DNA of 64,000 bases from a virus. This document shows positions 53,201 to 63,002 of this stretch, piece after piece. Within the stretch, counting starts at the first letter, position 1. Each line of letters begins with the position of its first letter. The DNA lies in IMG/VR virus record IMGVR_UViG_3300045988_146774, positions 1-64,000 of that record. One strand, written 5' to 3'. The position numbers and the translations under genes were made by a program. Below the pieces are notes generated by a model. That model did not search any database. It worked only from the letters and a program-made list of their open reading frames with translations, and was not told where the DNA came from.

Positions 53201-54769
53201 TTGAGTGAAAAAACAAAAGAACCTATTGTACAAAAGGTTTACACAAAAACAGATGAATCTGGCTATGAAGTAGAACGAAAACGAGCGCAAAAAATAAATT
53301 TTGCTAAGTTTCAGGAATTGTTGCAGAGGAATGTTACAAAAACTGTTTCTAAAACTTATACTCAATACACGAGAGATTTATTAGATCAATATGTACAATC
53401 TCCTCTTAATAATATAGATAATATTCGTGAAGTTTCTCGTTTCTTAACAAGAGTATCAATGCTTTATAAGCAGATGATATCTTATTTCTCTACTATGCCT
53501 CTTTATACATATAATATCACCCCCTTGGCAGATTATACTAAAGATTTTGATGTAGAAAAACAACTTAAAAATTATGAAAAGACATTAAAAATATTTCATC
53601 ATTTTAATATGGCAAAAGAATTGCAAAATGTGATTTCTAATACAATACGTGACGGAATGTATGTTGGATGGATGAGTGGTGACGACGAAAATGGAATTTT
53701 TCTTATGCCTTTAGATGTACAATATTGTCGTATTTATGGAAAAACTCAAGAAGGGGAATGGATAACATATTTTGATGCAGCATTTTTTGATAAATCAAAT
53801 AACAAAGATTTTATTAAAGGTGTGAACAATGATGGTGTTGGTGTGTGGGATCAAGTTTTTATTGATGGATATAATCAATATAAAACTGAAGGTAGAAACT
53901 ATGAATTTTTCCGTCTCCCACCAGAAAATACACTAACACTTATAGCAAGTACCGATGATGAATTTTATGTACCTCTTCCGTATTTCTTACCTTTATTCAA
54001 ATCCTTATTGAATCTTCTCGATACAGAAAATCTTGTTGTTGCGAAAGAAGAATTGCAGAATTACAAGTTAATTCTAAATAAAATTCCGTTACTTGATTCT
54101 GAAAACGTAGATGATTTTGCAATTAGTTTAGAACTTGTAAATCAGTTTGATCAAATGATTAAACAAATTCTTCCAGATTTAGTTGGTTGGGGAACAACAC
54201 CTTACGATTTAAGTCAAGTCATAGATTTCGAGAAATCTACTTCCGCTACTGATACAGATAACTTAAATAAAGCAATGAATAATCTTTTCGCAAATGCTGG
54301 AATTAATAAACTTATTGTAAGTTCTGGCGATTCGAGTAATGCGAATGGTATCAAATATTCAAATGCGAATGATCTTGGAAAGATTTCTGTGTACATAAGA
54401 CGAATCGAATCTTGGTTAAATTACTGGATTAAAAATCATATTACAGATGGCGTTTATTTACAGATTTTTGATCAAACACAATATAATCGAGATGATTATA
54501 TAAGTAGAATGAAGGATGCGAGTGCATTTGGTATTGGAAAAATGGATTATATGTGTGCATTAGGTGATGATCCATATGTTGCATACAACAAACTTCGGTT
54601 TGACACATTGGTTTTAAATATCAATCAATATGCTGTTCCATTTAATTCTTCATATACTCAATCATCTGATAATACAGGTGGTCATCCTGAGATTCCAGAT
54701 GATCAGTTGTCAGATGAAGGACAAGCAACTAGAGATTCTGGAAAAAATGAAGATAAAGGTAATAAATAA
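53201..54769 (+). CDS. portal protein (by size and position)
   Basis: 522-aa ORF immediately after terL. TTG start sits 11 nt after GGAGG. Confidence 0.65.
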   Translation: MSEKTKEPIVQKVYTKTDESGYEVERKRAQKINFAKFQELLQRNVTKTVSKTYTQYTRDLLDQYVQSPLNNIDNIREVSRFLTRVSMLYKQMISYFSTMPLYTYNITPLADYTKDFDVEKQLKNYEKTLKIFHHFNMAKELQNVISNTIRDGMYVGWMSGDDENGIFLMPLDVQYCRIYGKTQEGEWITYFDAAFFDKSNNKDFIKGVNNDGVGVWDQVFIDGYNQYKTEGRNYEFFRLPPENTLTLIASTDDEFYVPLPYFLPLFKSLLNLLDTENLVVAKEELQNYKLILNKIPLLDSENVDDFAISLELVNQFDQMIKQILPDLVGWGTTPYDLSQVIDFEKSTSATDTDNLNKAMNNLFANAGINKLIVSSGDSSNANGIKYSNANDLGKISVYIRRIESWLNYWIKNHITDGVYLQIFDQTQYNRDDYISRMKDASAFGIGKMDYMCALGDDPYVAYNKLRFDTLVLNINQYAVPFNSSYTQSSDNTGGHPEIPDDQLSDEGQATRDSGKNEDKGNK

Positions 54770-54869
54770 AATGAATTTTTATTTTGGAAAATAAATATTT
54801 TTATATGAAAAAGATACAGATTTGATAAATAATATAACCAAACAAATAACATGATCAAGAGGTGATGGC

Positions 54870-55055
54870 ATGAGAAATAATGATAATTTTATATTCACCT
54901 CGGATGAGGAAACAAGAAACAATTTATTAAGATTAGGATTTTCAGAAATTCCTTCTGGTAATTCTTTTTTTATATTTATAAACGATTCAATTTTAAAATT
55001 CGATGATACAATCCAAACAGACAAAATTGGGGTTACAAATAAGTTGATGTTTTAG
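54870..55055 (+). CDS. hypothetical protein
   Basis: 61-aa ORF with SD AGAGGTGA upstream. Confidence 0.5.
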   Translation: MRNNDNFIFTSDEETRNNLLRLGFSEIPSGNSFFIFINDSILKFDDTIQTDKIGVTNKLMF

Positions 55056-55081
55056 CCACTCTTCTATTGAGTGGTATTTTT
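55056..55081 (+). terminator. intrinsic terminator (ACTCTYC family)
   Basis: CCACTC-TTCTATT-GAGTGG stem followed by TATTTTT. Confidence 0.55.
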
Positions 55082-55111
55082 GTACCAAAATTTAGGAAAG
55101 GAGGTTAAAAA

Positions 55112-56887
55112 TTGAATAATCGATTACTTACATTAGAAGATTTATATGATTTCTATAGTAAGAAGAAAAAATCTTTAAAATTTAATGCAGAGAAATCTGG
55201 ATATAATATAGCAATTCAGACAAAGGCAACATTTGAAGTAAATGACGATTTATCAGAGGGATTGCTTTACGGAAAAATAAGAGCATTCCATGATTTAACA
55301 AACAACAATAAATCTCATATTGAAACAGATGTGTTGGAAGATAAAATGATGTCTATCAAAGATCGCCCAATTATGGCAGATATTGTTGACACTGGTGAAA
55401 CAGACGAAAATGGAGAGCCGATCAAAGATTTTTCTGGGCACACAATGTATTATGACGAAGATTCTGACAAAATGATTTATAAGGAAATTCCAGTTGGTCA
55501 CTTTATCAATCCTGAAAATATTCATCTGGAATATGATGAAAAACTGGATAGAAATTTTGTATGCTCTGATGTTGTTGTATATGAAGAATATACTGACACA
55601 TGTGAAATTTTGAGAAGGAGAAAAACTGTTGATTGCTCTGTAGAGCTTTGTATACGTGCAATGCATTGGGATAACACAGACAAAACTCTTCATCTCGATG
55701 ATTTCTATGTACAAGGTACAACTCTTCTTGGATCTAATGTTCTGCCCGGAATGAGTGGGAGTAAATTAACTCTTAAAGATTTTTCAGAAGAAAATAATTC
55801 GATCTTCTCTTCTATTTTGGAAGATGAACATTCAAAATTGATTGAAACTTTAGATAAATTAAATAAAACATTATCTAGTCTCAATATAGAACCAAAAACA
55901 AATCAAATCGAAAAATTTGAGAAAGGAGGAAATAAAAAGATAGATATGACGAAATTTGAAGAACTTTTAAAGAAATATAACAAAAAAACTGAAGACATAA
56001 CCTTTGAATATGAAGAATTGTCGGACGAAGAACTTGAAAAGGCATTCTCAACTGCTTTTGCTGAATCTGATAATAACGATGGAAAAGATTCTGACATTGA
56101 AGACGATGACAAGGAAACAAAAGAAAACCACTCGGAAGATGATAAGAAAGATGACACTGATTCTGATACGGATGATGAGCCGGAAAATTCCGATGAGGAT
56201 GCGACAGATGATTCTAATGACTCTGACGATGTAGATTCTGATAAAAAAGATGATGAAAAAAAAGAAAACGAGTCATGTAAAGATAAGGAAAAATATTCAA
56301 AAACTTTTGAATTGTCTCATGATGATATTCGAAGTGCACTTTATAAGTTAGTAGCACCTCTTGAAGAAACATTAAATGAATGCTATTGGATTGTATCTGT
56401 ATATGATAAGTATTTTATTTATCAGTCTTGTTATGGCAATTATTATGAACAGGAATATACGAAAGAAAATGATACAGTAGCATTATCCGGTGAACGTCAG
56501 GAGGTATTTGCCGAGTTTGTTACGACAGAAGAAAAGGCAGAACTTGATGAAATGAGAGCTAACTATTCTTCTATTTCAGAGAAGCTTTCTAAATATGAAG
56601 AAGCGGAGGAAATTGCAGATAAAATGACTGTGTTTGAGGATGCTGCTTATGAAAAATATTTGGACACAGAAGAATTTAAATCTCTTATGAAGAAAGAAAA
56701 TGTAAAGAAATTTACAAAAAAGGAATTAGCTGAAAAAGCTGACGCTGCATTTGGCAAGCTCGTTAAGACAACTAAAAACTTCTCAATGAGTGAAGAAAAA
56801 GAAAAGAAAGAAAACAAACCATCTTTCTTTGCTTTTGCAAAAGTTGAGGATGAATCATCTTTCTTGGATGGTTTATTAAAAAAATAA
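55112..56887 (+). CDS. scaffold-like / head-morphogenesis protein with a long poly-acidic segment
   Basis: 591 aa with a TTG start after AAAGGAGG. It lies between portal and capsid genes. A D/E/S-rich tract of about 75 aa (roughly nt 56070-56290) is followed by a coiled-coil-like C-terminus. Confidence 0.5.
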   Translation: MNNRLLTLEDLYDFYSKKKKSLKFNAEKSGYNIAIQTKATFEVNDDLSEGLLYGKIRAFHDLTNNNKSHIETDVLEDKMMSIKDRPIMADIVDTGETDENGEPIKDFSGHTMYYDEDSDKMIYKEIPVGHFINPENIHLEYDEKLDRNFVCSDVVVYEEYTDTCEILRRRKTVDCSVELCIRAMHWDNTDKTLHLDDFYVQGTTLLGSNVLPGMSGSKLTLKDFSEENNSIFSSILEDEHSKLIETLDKLNKTLSSLNIEPKTNQIEKFEKGGNKKIDMTKFEELLKKYNKKTEDITFEYEELSDEELEKAFSTAFAESDNNDGKDSDIEDDDKETKENHSEDDKKDDTDSDTDDEPENSDEDATDDSNDSDDVDSDKKDDEKKENESCKDKEKYSKTFELSHDDIRSALYKLVAPLEETLNECYWIVSVYDKYFIYQSCYGNYYEQEYTKENDTVALSGERQEVFAEFVTTEEKAELDEMRANYSSISEKLSKYEEAEEIADKMTVFEDAAYEKYLDTEEFKSLMKKENVKKFTKKELAEKADAAFGKLVKTTKNFSMSEEKEKKENKPSFFAFAKVEDESSFLDGLLKK

Positions 56888-56905
56888 ATAAGATAAATAA
56901 CTTTT

Positions 56906-56933
56906 AGATCGCAAATATGCGGTCTTTTTTATT
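56906..56933 (+). terminator. intrinsic terminator
   Basis: AGATCGC-N6-GCGGTCT stem followed by TTTTTTATT. Confidence 0.6.
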
Positions 56934-56961
56934 GTAAAAAATTAATCAAGGAGGAAATGCA

Positions 56962-57549
56962 ATGATTTATACAAATCTTGAAGCAAAAGAAGCAAATAAG
57001 CACGGCATGTTTGAATCAAACCATCTTCTCGCTACAGACGTGGGAGATATCTTTGATGTAGTTGTCCGTGATTCTAGTGAAAACCCAATCGATGTAGATA
57101 ATGGTGTTCCGGTTAAAATTGGAGAATTTACAGGAAATGGATATGAGGAAAGATATGCAACAATCGCAGGAGTAAAAGATGCAATTGCTGTTATTGGTTC
57201 TCCGGCAGAAGTAAAAACAGCTCTTACAACAGAACAGGGACAGGCTTACAACTATGTAAATAAAGCAGGAAAACCTGCAAAGGCATACAGAATTCAGGAT
57301 GATGAGTATCATACAGATATTTTTGCTGTAGCTGATTATCAGTTTACGACAGAATCAGCAGACAAAGTAAAAGTTGGTGCTCTTGTTACAACTGATGGAA
57401 AAGGTATGTATGTCGCACAGGAAGATAGTGCTACTGTTACTACCCTTTCAACAACTAACGGATTCATCGGAAGAGTTCATAGTATTTCAGCTGGTACATA
57501 TTACACAATGGTTCGTATTCAGGTTCTTCAGAATAAGACCGTAGCTTAA
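56962..57549 (+). CDS. capsid-associated protein (decoration/accessory; position-based)
   Basis: 195-aa beta-rich-looking ORF between the scaffold-like gene and the major capsid gene. Strong SD AAGGAGG. Confidence 0.5.
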   Translation: MIYTNLEAKEANKHGMFESNHLLATDVGDIFDVVVRDSSENPIDVDNGVPVKIGEFTGNGYEERYATIAGVKDAIAVIGSPAEVKTALTTEQGQAYNYVNKAGKPAKAYRIQDDEYHTDIFAVADYQFTTESADKVKVGALVTTDGKGMYVAQEDSATVTTLSTTNGFIGRVHSISAGTYYTMVRIQVLQNKTVA

Positions 57550-57569
57550 TTGAAAGGAGGATTAAATAA

Positions 57570-58673
57570 ATGAAAGATATTACATGTTTTAGCGCAAATG
57601 TTTTAGCACAGTTCGATAATAAATATGATAACATTCTTGAATTCAATTCACTTATGATGGATGCAAGTAATGGTATCTATGAGAAATATTCTAAGGAAGA
57701 TACTCAGACTATTCTTAGAAATCAGTTTGATAAGATTATGGGTATCAACTTCAAATCTGCTACAAATATGAAACGTAGACAGGCTTGGAGAGACCACAAC
57801 AAAGAAATTGCATCTCTTATTGAGGATGTAATTGCGGATAAAATGAATTCTGGATGGAATTCAGCAAATGCTCGTTTTATGGAGTATGTTGACGAGAGAA
57901 ATATTGCAGAAGGAGATGCTAATGAGTTCTATGTTGAAGATAATTCCCTTCTGACAGTATCTAAATTTGCTGGAAATCATCATGACTTGCTCCGTCAGTC
58001 AGTAAAACCGGGAAAGGCGTTTTCTATTGATACATCATTCTATGGAGTAAAAGTATACACAGATTTCGTACTTTTCCAGACAGGTAGAGTTGATTTCGCA
58101 GCTCTTGTAGACAAGATGTATAAAGCTATTGAAGAAAATAGATATGCTGCTCTTTACACTGCATTTATGGGAATGGACGCTTCTCTTCCGACAGATATGA
58201 AACTTGAAACAACTGCTGTTGAAGCAAGTAAAGATAATATTATTGCAAAAATCGAAGCTGTTTCTGCTGCTACTGGTAAGGACGTAATTCTTGTTGGTGC
58301 AAGACCGGCTATTCAGAAACTCCAGAACACAGTTACATATAATATGTTCTCTGATGCAATGAAGGATGAAAGAAACAAAAACGGTATTCTTGGAAACTGG
58401 GAAGGATATGAATGTCTTCCGCTTGCAAGAGTAAATAAGGCTGGCACAAGAGAAAGTGTATTCTCAACAGACGATCAGAAAAAGGTATTTATTCTTCCTG
58501 TCGATCCAGAGTTCAAACCAATTAAGAGAGTAAACGAAGGAGACGTTATGTACTACGAAACAGGTATGGATGGTCTTAAGAAAGATATGACTGTTGATGC
58601 AGAGGTAGTATATCAGGAAGGTATTGGAGTTGTAATTAACGAACTCTTTGGAGAAATTAAATTTACATCTTAA
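57570..58673 (+). CDS. major capsid protein (by size, position and expression signals)
   Basis: 367-aa ORF with strong SD AAAGGAGG, followed by a terminator. It occupies the usual slot after the scaffold. Confidence 0.7.
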   Translation: MKDITCFSANVLAQFDNKYDNILEFNSLMMDASNGIYEKYSKEDTQTILRNQFDKIMGINFKSATNMKRRQAWRDHNKEIASLIEDVIADKMNSGWNSANARFMEYVDERNIAEGDANEFYVEDNSLLTVSKFAGNHHDLLRQSVKPGKAFSIDTSFYGVKVYTDFVLFQTGRVDFAALVDKMYKAIEENRYAALYTAFMGMDASLPTDMKLETTAVEASKDNIIAKIEAVSAATGKDVILVGARPAIQKLQNTVTYNMFSDAMKDERNKNGILGNWEGYECLPLARVNKAGTRESVFSTDDQKKVFILPVDPEFKPIKRVNEGDVMYYETGMDGLKKDMTVDAEVVYQEGIGVVINELFGEIKFTS

Positions 58674-58688
58674 GATAGACTAGCACAT

Positions 58689-58718
58689 GGAGAGTGGTTT
58701 TACTACTCTCCTATTTTA
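58689..58718 (+). terminator. intrinsic terminator (ACTCTYC family)
   Basis: GGAGAGT-N9-ACTCTCC stem followed by TATTTTA. Confidence 0.6.
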
Positions 58719-58731
58719 AAGGAGAAAATGG

Positions 58732-59403
58732 ATGAAAGTATTTGAATTGGCAAAAGAATTAAATGTTACTACAAAAGAATTAATTACATTCTTTAAAGAT
58801 AACGAATATAAAGTATCTAGCCATATGCAAAAACTTGATGATGAGCTGATTGATTTTGCACGTAGTAATTTTGTAAAAAATAAATCTTCAGAAGAGGATG
58901 TTCCGGAAGAAGATAAAAAAATTGAAGTTGAAAAAGCAAACTTAACAAAATCCCATAAGACATTTAAACCAGATGAAGAAATTCCGTGCAAAAGTGTAAC
59001 ACCTTGGGAATTAAACGCAACTGGTGTAGATAAAAATACAGTTTATCATTGGGAATATTTTGGTGATATTGAATATGTAAAGTATCGTGATTTACAGGCT
59101 CTTAGAAGAACCGAATATGTAACAAGACCAGCTTTTATAATCTTGGATGAAGATATCGTAAGTCAGTGGAAACGTGAACTTGGAGATAAATATAAATATT
59201 TCAAATCAATTGATTATCCAGAAGAATATTTTGATATGAGTGATGATGAATTTGAAACTATGATAAAAGAGGCTCCAAATTGGCTTGGTGAAATTGTAAA
59301 GTCTACTGCGATGACTATGGTTCGTGCAGAAAACTATCCATCTATTAAGAAAATCCGGATTATTGATGATGTCTTAGGTACATGTATTAAAGAATTTATT
59401 TAA
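58732..59403 (+). CDS. hypothetical protein with IF2-N / Rho-N-like N-terminal motif
   Basis: MKVFELAKELNVTTKELITFFKDNEYKVSSHMQKLDDELIDF resembles the IF-2 N-terminal region pattern. Confidence 0.6.
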   Translation: MKVFELAKELNVTTKELITFFKDNEYKVSSHMQKLDDELIDFARSNFVKNKSSEEDVPEEDKKIEVEKANLTKSHKTFKPDEEIPCKSVTPWELNATGVDKNTVYHWEYFGDIEYVKYRDLQALRRTEYVTRPAFIILDEDIVSQWKRELGDKYKYFKSIDYPEEYFDMSDDEFETMIKEAPNWLGEIVKSTAMTMVRAENYPSIKKIRIIDDVLGTCIKEFI

Positions 59404-59414
59404 GGAGGTGTATT

Positions 59415-59873
59415 ATGCCTTCTATTGAATATGACGATGTATATAAAAGAGCACTCGCTAAAATAAATGACTTAGATTTAGCAAATTATACTGAAGAAGA
59501 CTTTAGAGAATACATGAAAGAATGGTTACACTCTGCTATTTCTAAACCATATTTAAGAAAAAAATTTTCTAACTTTTCTTTTGATGACGATTTAGAAGAA
59601 ATCAATTTTTCATTAGTAGATTCAGTTGATGATAATTATGATAGTCAGTTTGTAATTTCTGCTTTAGCAAAAGGATTGATTGTGAATTATTTGCCATCAA
59701 AACTCGAAACAACTGCTAATCTTGCGATCATGATTGGTGGAAAGGAAGAAAAGAAACTTCTCGATACATACTCTAAAAATATAGAAAGGCTCGATAAGCT
59801 TAGAAAGGAATGGGAACTTGAGTTATCAAGACATTCTTATTATTTTAAAGAGTATGGTGATTCAAATGGATAA
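59415..59873 (+). CDS. head-tail module protein (unknown)
   Basis: 152-aa ORF with SD AAGGAGG upstream. Confidence 0.65.
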   Translation: MPSIEYDDVYKRALAKINDLDLANYTEEDFREYMKEWLHSAISKPYLRKKFSNFSFDDDLEEINFSLVDSVDDNYDSQFVISALAKGLIVNYLPSKLETTANLAIMIGGKEEKKLLDTYSKNIERLDKLRKEWELELSRHSYYFKEYGDSNG

Positions 59874-60213
59874 AATAATTCATCATAAGTATGGAGAATT
59901 TAAAGATGCTCAAATAGACTATTATCAAGAAAAACTTAGAAAAAAAATATTTTGGCTTATATTATATACAGATTCAAAAACAAAAAATGATTTCGATAAT
60001 ATAGATGTTGTTAAATATCATGAAAATTTATTATTAGAAATTTCTAGTTATAATGGATTGCTAGATTTTCCTGATGATTTTGTCGAAATTATAAACTCAC
60101 TCGAATCAGCATTAAATATTTTAAAGTCAAAAGATTTTAATTTTTATAAATATCGAAAACTTGTATTAGATGCAGGTGCTTTATTAGAGCGTATGAAAGT
60201 TGGTGATGAATAA
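59866..60213 (+). CDS. head-tail module protein (unknown)
   Basis: ATG 59866 overlaps the upstream stop (ATGGATAA). The longest ORF starts at 59818. Confidence 0.6.
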   Translation: MDKIIHHKYGEFKDAQIDYYQEKLRKKIFWLILYTDSKTKNDFDNIDVVKYHENLLLEISSYNGLLDFPDDFVEIINSLESALNILKSKDFNFYKYRKLVLDAGALLERMKVGDE

Positions 60214-61502
60214 TGTCATCAGTGTACGACTTTTATAAAAGAAAAATGAATATTCCGTCTTCTAGTGGTCACACAAATTTAACGCTTGGAGACAAACTAA
60301 AATCAGATTCAGATAAAGTTATGGAACTAACTTGGAATAACGATATTCAAGCGAAAAGATGTTATATTTATGATTATCTTCATGATGATCAGCCAGAGAA
60401 AAATATTGGAATGACATATGAAAATACGACTAAAACTGCTATCGATGCAAAAATTTTAATATCAACTTATGGTTCTATTTCAAAAGATCTTCCAACTTTG
60501 CAATGTCAATTCAAACCAAGTCAGAAAGAAAATTTTACAGAAGATGATGAATTATTCTATATGGAAACATATAGGAAGAAATATCATTTAGATGATATTT
60601 TTGTAGGAATGTATCTTGACGTTCCGGATAAAAGGGGCGTTTATCATAGACATCTGATATGTATGAAAGATGTTGAGCAAAATTTTCAGAAGTATTTTAT
60701 TTTGCCATGTGACCACAAGCTTCAGTGGATACAGCAAAAAGGGGAAGTAAGATACAAAAGAAATATGTGGTGTGTCTTAAGAACACAGAGTTCGTACAAT
60801 TCAGGAATTTGGACTGATAGATATTTCTCAGACCAACAAAATCAGGAATTATTATTTATTCCAACGAATGATGTATCTGATACTATTACATACATTTCTG
60901 AAAAAAATGATAAAAATCAAAGAATTATTCTTGATGTTCCTAATTATTCAATTGATAATTGGACTCCTAATACATGGATTGTATCCAAGGTAGAACGGAT
61001 TAATATCAAAGGAAGAACAAAACTTACTTTATATCAAACTCCGTTTAATAGTCACGTAGATTATATCGAAAAGGATAATAATGGAATTATTGTTGGCATG
61101 TGGGCAAATTATTTTGACTCAAACATTTCTCCGTCAGATCCAGATGATATATCTACTCCTCTTCCGTCTCCTGGAACAAATGTAATAGCAGACATTACGG
61201 CATCATCTTACTCTATAAAAGTTGGAGGAACTTATAAAACTATCACATTGAATTTATCTGATGATTCGAAAGATATAACAAAAGATTTCGAAGAAGCTCA
61301 ATTTGAATGGAGATTTCTTGTTGGGTCTATTGACATTAAAGATTTTATTATTAAAAAGGATATTTCTTTTAACAAACTTAAAATCAAATTTATTGATGAT
61401 CCAAAATATATTGGAGAAATAATGACAATTTCTTGTGAGATTTTTAGAGAAGATATTGGATACATTCATAGTAATAAATGTCAAATAGAAATTACAAGTT
61501 AG
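60213..61502 (+). CDS. virion module protein (unknown, 429 aa)
   Basis: Start overlaps the upstream stop (TAATG). Confidence 0.65.
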   Translation: MSSVYDFYKRKMNIPSSSGHTNLTLGDKLKSDSDKVMELTWNNDIQAKRCYIYDYLHDDQPEKNIGMTYENTTKTAIDAKILISTYGSISKDLPTLQCQFKPSQKENFTEDDELFYMETYRKKYHLDDIFVGMYLDVPDKRGVYHRHLICMKDVEQNFQKYFILPCDHKLQWIQQKGEVRYKRNMWCVLRTQSSYNSGIWTDRYFSDQQNQELLFIPTNDVSDTITYISEKNDKNQRIILDVPNYSIDNWTPNTWIVSKVERINIKGRTKLTLYQTPFNSHVDYIEKDNNGIIVGMWANYFDSNISPSDPDDISTPLPSPGTNVIADITASSYSIKVGGTYKTITLNLSDDSKDITKDFEEAQFEWRFLVGSIDIKDFIIKKDISFNKLKIKFIDDPKYIGEIMTISCEIFREDIGYIHSNKCQIEITS

Positions 61503-61514
61503 GAGGTTTATATA

Positions 61515-62147
61515 ATGAAAATGATTTCAAAAACGGATCTCCTTGATAAGCTTAAGGCGTATATAAAAACACCAGACAATGACACTATTCGCTATAAGAA
61601 AAAAATAGAGAAAATGTTAATGTGTTGCCCCGAATTATTATATGCGTTAAATGAAAAGAAATTAGAATCAGAATTATTTGATGAAGATGGGAATTTGAAA
61701 TGGGACGCTGAAACAGGAGAACCATTAGGAGAATGGGATAAGTATTTTGGAAGTGATTCCAATATACGCCCGTTTTTATTTATACCTGATACACAGACAG
61801 AAGCAAAACATTATGTGTGCTATCAAGTAGGTTTTACAAATACTCCAAAATATAACACTATTGAAAAATACAACACTATTACTTTTACTATTTTTGTGCA
61901 TGGTGATGACCGTATAGACAAACTTACCGGCATTCCAAGACATGATTTGATCGCTGCAATTATACAGGAACAAATTAATTGGACAAATCTATTTGGAACG
62001 AAATGCAAAATTGTTTCAGACAAAGAAAGTATGACAGATACGGATTATATTGTTAGAACTTTTGTGTTAGAAACCGTGTCCATGAACTCTATTACCAAAA
62101 CAGAAAATGGCTCAACGAAAATTGTTAATAATATCGGTAAAATATAA
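61515..62147 (+). CDS. virion module protein (unknown)
   Basis: 210-aa ORF with SD AGGAGG upstream. Confidence 0.65.
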   Translation: MKMISKTDLLDKLKAYIKTPDNDTIRYKKKIEKMLMCCPELLYALNEKKLESELFDEDGNLKWDAETGEPLGEWDKYFGSDSNIRPFLFIPDTQTEAKHYVCYQVGFTNTPKYNTIEKYNTITFTIFVHGDDRIDKLTGIPRHDLIAAIIQEQINWTNLFGTKCKIVSDKESMTDTDYIVRTFVLETVSMNSITKTENGSTKIVNNIGKI

Positions 62148-62956
62148 TGAATGACAATTTTGAATCTATATATGATTTTGATGAGCTTAAAATGTTTTTT
62201 GGAAAAGATTATTGGGTTACAGATAAAATAAAAATATCTCAACCGACAATAGGACAAATAGTTGATTTCGGAGATGCAGATTTTTATTCAGTCGTGAATA
62301 AATTATGTGCCAATCCAACATCATATCGGCTATTTTTATGGAAGAATGGAATTGATTGGAACGAGCTAACAGAATATCAATTATTCTGTTTTTTAATTAA
62401 AACAATTACGCCAGATCAATCATACTTATTGTTTGGAGATTTGAATTTATCATGGTTTGAAGTAATACATGATTCAGAAAAACAGGCAGATATTTTAATA
62501 TATGTTCCAAGAAATGAAAATGGTGAGGTTCAGAATTTTGATTATGACGAAGCAATCATAATTGATGAATTTGTATATACAAAAATAGTGAATTATATAA
62601 GGTGTATGTTTAATATATATCCCAAAGTCGAGCGAGCAAAAAATAAAGCAACAAAAGAAGCTATGATTTGGGAAGAAGAAGAAAAATTAAAATTACAAGA
62701 ATTAAAAAAAGAAAAAGAAGATAGAAAAAAATCTTTTTTATTGCCACTTATATCGTCACTTGTCAATCATCCTGGCTTTAAATATAAAACAAATGAGTTA
62801 GAAAACATTGGAATTGTACAATTTATGGATTCGGTTAAACGTTTGTCTATATATGAAAATGCCATTGCTCTTTTGCATGGAAGTTTTAGCGGTATGATAG
62901 ACGTTAGTGGCATAGATAAAAGTGCATTTGATTGGATGAGAGATCTCAACAAATAG
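62147..62956 (+). CDS. virion module protein (unknown)
   Basis: 269-aa ORF. Start overlaps the upstream stop, and a terminator follows. Confidence 0.65.
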   Translation: MNDNFESIYDFDELKMFFGKDYWVTDKIKISQPTIGQIVDFGDADFYSVVNKLCANPTSYRLFLWKNGIDWNELTEYQLFCFLIKTITPDQSYLLFGDLNLSWFEVIHDSEKQADILIYVPRNENGEVQNFDYDEAIIIDEFVYTKIVNYIRCMFNIYPKVERAKNKATKEAMIWEEEEKLKLQELKKEKEDRKKSFLLPLISSLVNHPGFKYKTNELENIGIVQFMDSVKRLSIYENAIALLHGSFSGMIDVSGIDKSAFDWMRDLNK

Positions 62957-62973
62957 TTGAGGTCTTTTTTATT
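62941..62973 (+). terminator. intrinsic terminator
   Basis: AGATCTCAAC-AAAT-(A)GTTGAGGTCT stem followed by TTTTTTATT. Confidence 0.6.
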
Positions 62974-63002
62974 GCAAAAAAATAATTAAGGAGGAAATTA
63001 TA

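Noticed and set aside
55295-56157. Minus-strand ORFs inside the scaffold-like gene (55295-55714, 55506-55721, 55881-56120, 55903-56157), the plus-strand alternate-frame ORF 56004-56234, and similar antisense ORFs in terL, portal and tail genes
   Set aside because: They are antisense or alternate-frame readings of long, strongly supported plus-strand genes.
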